From Lama guanicoe (lineage: Eukaryota): a DNA stretch of 64,000 nucleotides. How positions within the stretch are numbered: the first letter of the stretch is position 1; each line of letters begins with the position of its first letter. The DNA lies in NCBI GenBank assembly GCA_013239625.1, contig MU054338.1, forward strand, positions 2,978,977-3,042,976. The letters are read 5' to 3'. Both the position numbers and the translations under genes were made by a program. The notes beneath the pieces were generated by a model. It did not search any database. It was not told the DNA's origin and saw only the letters and a list, made by a program, of their open reading frames with translations. Of the stretch, positions 60,830 through 64,000 are shown piece by piece.

Positions 60830-61545
60830 CTGTAAAAGAAGAAACGCTTGGTCGGCCTGACTCGGCAATCCTTCCGGGATGGGTGGGCCCCCTGTGGGAG
60901 CAGGTCAGGGCAGGAGAGAGGTGGAGAGGTTGTGGGCCTGACCTGAGGGCAGGGGGAGGCCACAGGAAAGGCTGAGCTGGGAAAAGCCATGGTCCTTTGT
61001 GCCAGGCTGAGGACCGATGCCGGCTGGAGGTTTGCACTGGCAAACCTGTCTGCGGCTCTTTGGGCAGCGTCAGGGAACCTGGCCGCCCAAGCCCCAGCCT
61101 GCCCCCGATTCCCTGTCTGCCCCGTTGTCTGTGTGCCTGGGGCTCAGGGTCTGCCAGTAACCCAGCCCCTCTGTCCTTGATCACGCTAAACAGGCCCTGC
61201 GCCAGGAGGACCTGGGGGCCAGACCCAGGCGCCACCCCCTCAACTTTGGTGCCTGGTGACGTTCATGGCCACAGGGTTCCTCACTGCATCTCTCCCCCAT
61301 ACCTCAAGACCTTTGGGGCTCCCAGACTCAGCTCAACCCTGTGTCCATGGCTGAAGATGAATGTGGGTCAGAGGACACTGGGGTCTTGGGGCCTCAGGAG
61401 GTAACCCCCACCTCCCCCAACCCGCACGCACGAGGTCCTGACGGCGGTGCTGTGCTGACATCCTCCACTGGAGGCATCAAGGCCGTTTCTGGTCACAGAG
61501 CCCAGGACAGACTGAGGACAGGCTTTCACACTCCCCGTTCCCTAC

Positions 61546-61830
61546 CAGGCATTGGCAAAGCGTGTCTGCCACCCATGAGCTAAGGGTGGTTTTGCATTAT
61601 TACACAGCTTTAGCAAGAACCAAAGGAAAACTGGTGTCCTGTGATATGAGAAAGTGACATGACATTCACATATCTGTGTTCACCAAACAAAGTTCTATTA
61701 GAACACAACCACACCAACTGATTCACTGACTGGCGGTTTACTGTGGGGGCAGGGAGAGCTGCTTCAGAGGGGGCTGTCTGCCCCCAAAGCCGAAAACATT
61801 CACTATTTGGCCCTTTACAGAGGCCGTTGA
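61546..61830. mobile_element. MER58B-like DNA transposon in the last MYDGF intron
   Basis: caggcattggcaaa...aaagttctattagaacacaaccac...aaagccgaaaacattcactatttggccctttacaga. Confidence 0.7.
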
Positions 61831-61948
61831 GGGAGGCAGCCTTTCCTCACCGCAGGGCCCCCTGATCGCCCTCCCTCGGGGGTCCTGTCCCCCTCACCCT
61901 GTCCCTGCTTGAAAACCTGGGTTCCACCTCCATCATCCCTCTCCGCAC

Positions 61949-62021
61949 CTGCTGTTTTGGTCACTTCAAATTCCTCATTCTTCAGGGGAACATCACTCTC
62001 TCTTTCAAAAGCAGCTTTCGA
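61949..62021 (-). CDS. MYDGF: MYDGF penultimate coding exon (SKAAFERESDVPLKNEEFEVTKTA)
   Basis: 73 nt. Acceptor cttgttccctttcag and donor CAG|GTGCGG. Phase 0 in and phase 1 out, consistent with the flanking exons. Confidence 0.96.
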
Positions 62022-63196
62022 CTGAAAGGGAACAAGTGGAAACTTTTCTGAACAGGAGGGAATATGACACGGTTTGCCTCCCAGAACTGCAGAGACCAAA
62101 GCTGTGTGCTTCTGCCGAAGAGCCGCGCGATGCTTTTTGCAGCACACAAGTGAATCCAGGAGAAGCAGTGGCTTAATCCACTTAAGAGACTGTCACCTGG
62201 CTTAAAAGTTCATGCCTTCCTTGCAAATCCTCGGAGGAAAGAATCTAATTCAGTTTTTTTCTTTAGTTAATTTATGGAACTGGTACTAGTTAGGCAGTCT
62301 CCTGAATGCAATTTTTAAAAAATCAGAATTGTGTCTTTCTCAAATCAGTTAAAATAATAAGAGTTTGAAAGTAAGAAGGGACTTCAGCAAGCAATCAGTT
62401 CAACAGTGTGACTGACAGTCGGTCTGACCTGTCAGCCTGGAGCAGACGGCAGGGCCCCAGTTATGCAGTCAGACCCCTGCTGGGAGTCGCTGGGCGGGAA
62501 CTCAGCAGATGTGACATCCTGAGCTGACTTTAAGTAAAAGAGATTATCCTCAGGGACCTGGGTGGGCCTGATTCATTTGGGGGAAGGGCCTTCAGGGCAG
62601 AGCCGAGGCTTCCCAGGACAAAATCCTGCCCAGGAAGGCAGCGCTAAGGGTGCCTGGAGCACCCGGCCCGTCCTGCAGACTCAGGCCTGCCTGGCTGGGG
62701 GTCCCCGTGGTGGAAGCCAGTTCCTGACAGGCAGTCTCTTAACGCCTGTCTCCCACCACTGGTTCTACTTCTTGGGTGGTAAAGTGGTTTTCAAACTGTG
62801 TCTGACTCATGCAGAAGCAGAGTGGCCAGGCTCTAGGGGGCCGGGGGTCGCGGAGCAGCGGGAAGTGCTGCTCGGGCCGCGGATCACTGGGGCCAAGGGT
62901 CGCAGGGCCCTCCCGACACCAGTGAGCCGTGCCGCCTGACCCCCCCGGGCGCACCTCCGCCCTCATTGTCCCTGCCCCTGTTCCAGTGCCAAAACCCCTT
63001 GCCCCCGGCTTCCTGTTGGCTTTGCCAGCATGAGGCACCGGTGGGAGACTGGCGGGCTATACAGGGGAGAGGCCAGGGTGTCCACTTCCTGCTGCGCCCG
63101 CCAGGTCTCCAGGCCTCAATGTCCGTCTCCCCCCTGCCATCCCCAATGCACAGTGGGACGGCTGGGTGGCCACCCCTACGTGCGGGCGACACTCAC

Positions 63197-63278
63197 ATAG
63201 GCCATACCGTACTCGATCTCGGCACCCCGCACCTCCGCCTTGAACTGTGTGAAGTACAGGTAGGACTTGCCCTGCGGC
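63197..63278 (-). CDS. MYDGF: Myeloid-derived growth factor, internal coding exon ((R)PQGKSYLYFTQFKAEVRGAEIEYGMAY); upstream exons lie beyond the window
   Basis: 82 nt. Acceptor ctctctccgcag and donor TAT|GTGAGT. The peptide matches the recalled MYDGF sequence and the phase joins the next exon. Confidence 0.95.
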
Positions 63279-64000
63279 CTGCGGAGAGAGGTCAGGCCAA
63301 GGGGTCAGCCCAGGGCTGTGTGTGCCCCCTCCTCCGGGCCTCCGCTTCCAGGCGTCTCTGGGAAGGTCGGAGGGCCCCCTTAACATCATCTGCTCTCTCC
63401 GCTTTGCTGGAGCGCTCTTCCCGCTCATCTACGCACAAGCCCCTTTCCCCTGCTGGGTGCACGCTGTGCCAGGACTGGACCCCACATTCACTCACTGAAT
63501 GCTTCTCATCCAGTGGACAACATTCCCAGTGTTGCAACGAGGGTGAGAAGCACAGGGGTTAACTAGGAAGGGGGTGTGTCTGGGGCTGAGCGTGTCCTTA
63601 GGGGCTGCACGGGGGTGGGTCAGCTAAGAGGCTGCGGGCTGGGGACCCTGCTCTGGGCCTGGCTGCCCGGGCCTGCGGCCACCTAGAGAGCTGACACTGG
63701 AGAGCCCCCACGAGACAGGGACATTCGGGCAGAGGGATGGAGACCCGACTGCCGACCCGTAATTAGGTGCCCCACCCCAGCTCCTTGCCTCTCAAAGGGG
63801 CTGGCGGTGGCCTGATGAGGCCGCGGGGCGCCCAGGCCTGCAGTGGTAGGGAATCCCCCCAACACCAGGCACTGAAACCCCTGCTGCGTGTAAAGCACCG
63901 AGCGGGAGACCGGGCTGTGCGCTGACGCCGCAAGTACGTCCTTTAATTAAAAGGCACCATCATGGCTCTGACTGTGTCCTGTTCCCTGATCTGGCCCCTA

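Noticed and set aside
60830..61235. Upstream part of the 161-aa ORF ending in the MYDGF C-terminus
   Set aside because: It is intronic; only the part after the acceptor at 60830/60829 matches MYDGF.

Overview
This is mammalian genomic DNA: GC-rich, repeat-dense, with one assembly gap at 10901-11247. It is probably from a camelid, since it carries six tRNA-Ala-headed Vic-1-like SINEs, and it looks syntenic to the human 19p13.3 SEMA6B - TNFAIP8L1 - MYDGF block. Two protein-coding genes are well supported. TNFAIP8L1/TIPE1 (+) has a CpG-island promoter, a non-coding exon 1 ending at 45177 and a single coding exon (CDS 56636-57196, 186 aa). The last three coding exons of MYDGF (-) are at 63278-63197, 62021-61949 and 60829-60750, ending in the ER-retention motif RSEL. 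A CpG island with a strong minus-strand splice donor at 11303/11302 is most likely the distal non-coding first exon of SEMA6B (synteny inference). The rest is L1, L2, MIR, MaLR LTR, hAT DNA transposon and SINE debris, plus several orphan CpG islands and motif clusters. Almost all ORFs in the supplied track are spurious GC-rich or repeat-derived frames. I found no convincing new protein-coding system. The most unusual signals are: L2-derived copies far more alike than L2 age predicts, sharing a CTCF-like/E-box/AP-1 module; an open frame through TNFAIP8L1 exon 1 in phase with the CDS; a 45-bp near-perfect palindrome abutting the gap; a ~265-bp local duplication; and ancient L1 fragments that are unexpectedly CpG-rich. 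Repeat boundaries are approximate, and repeat family names come from recalled consensus motifs, not a search.
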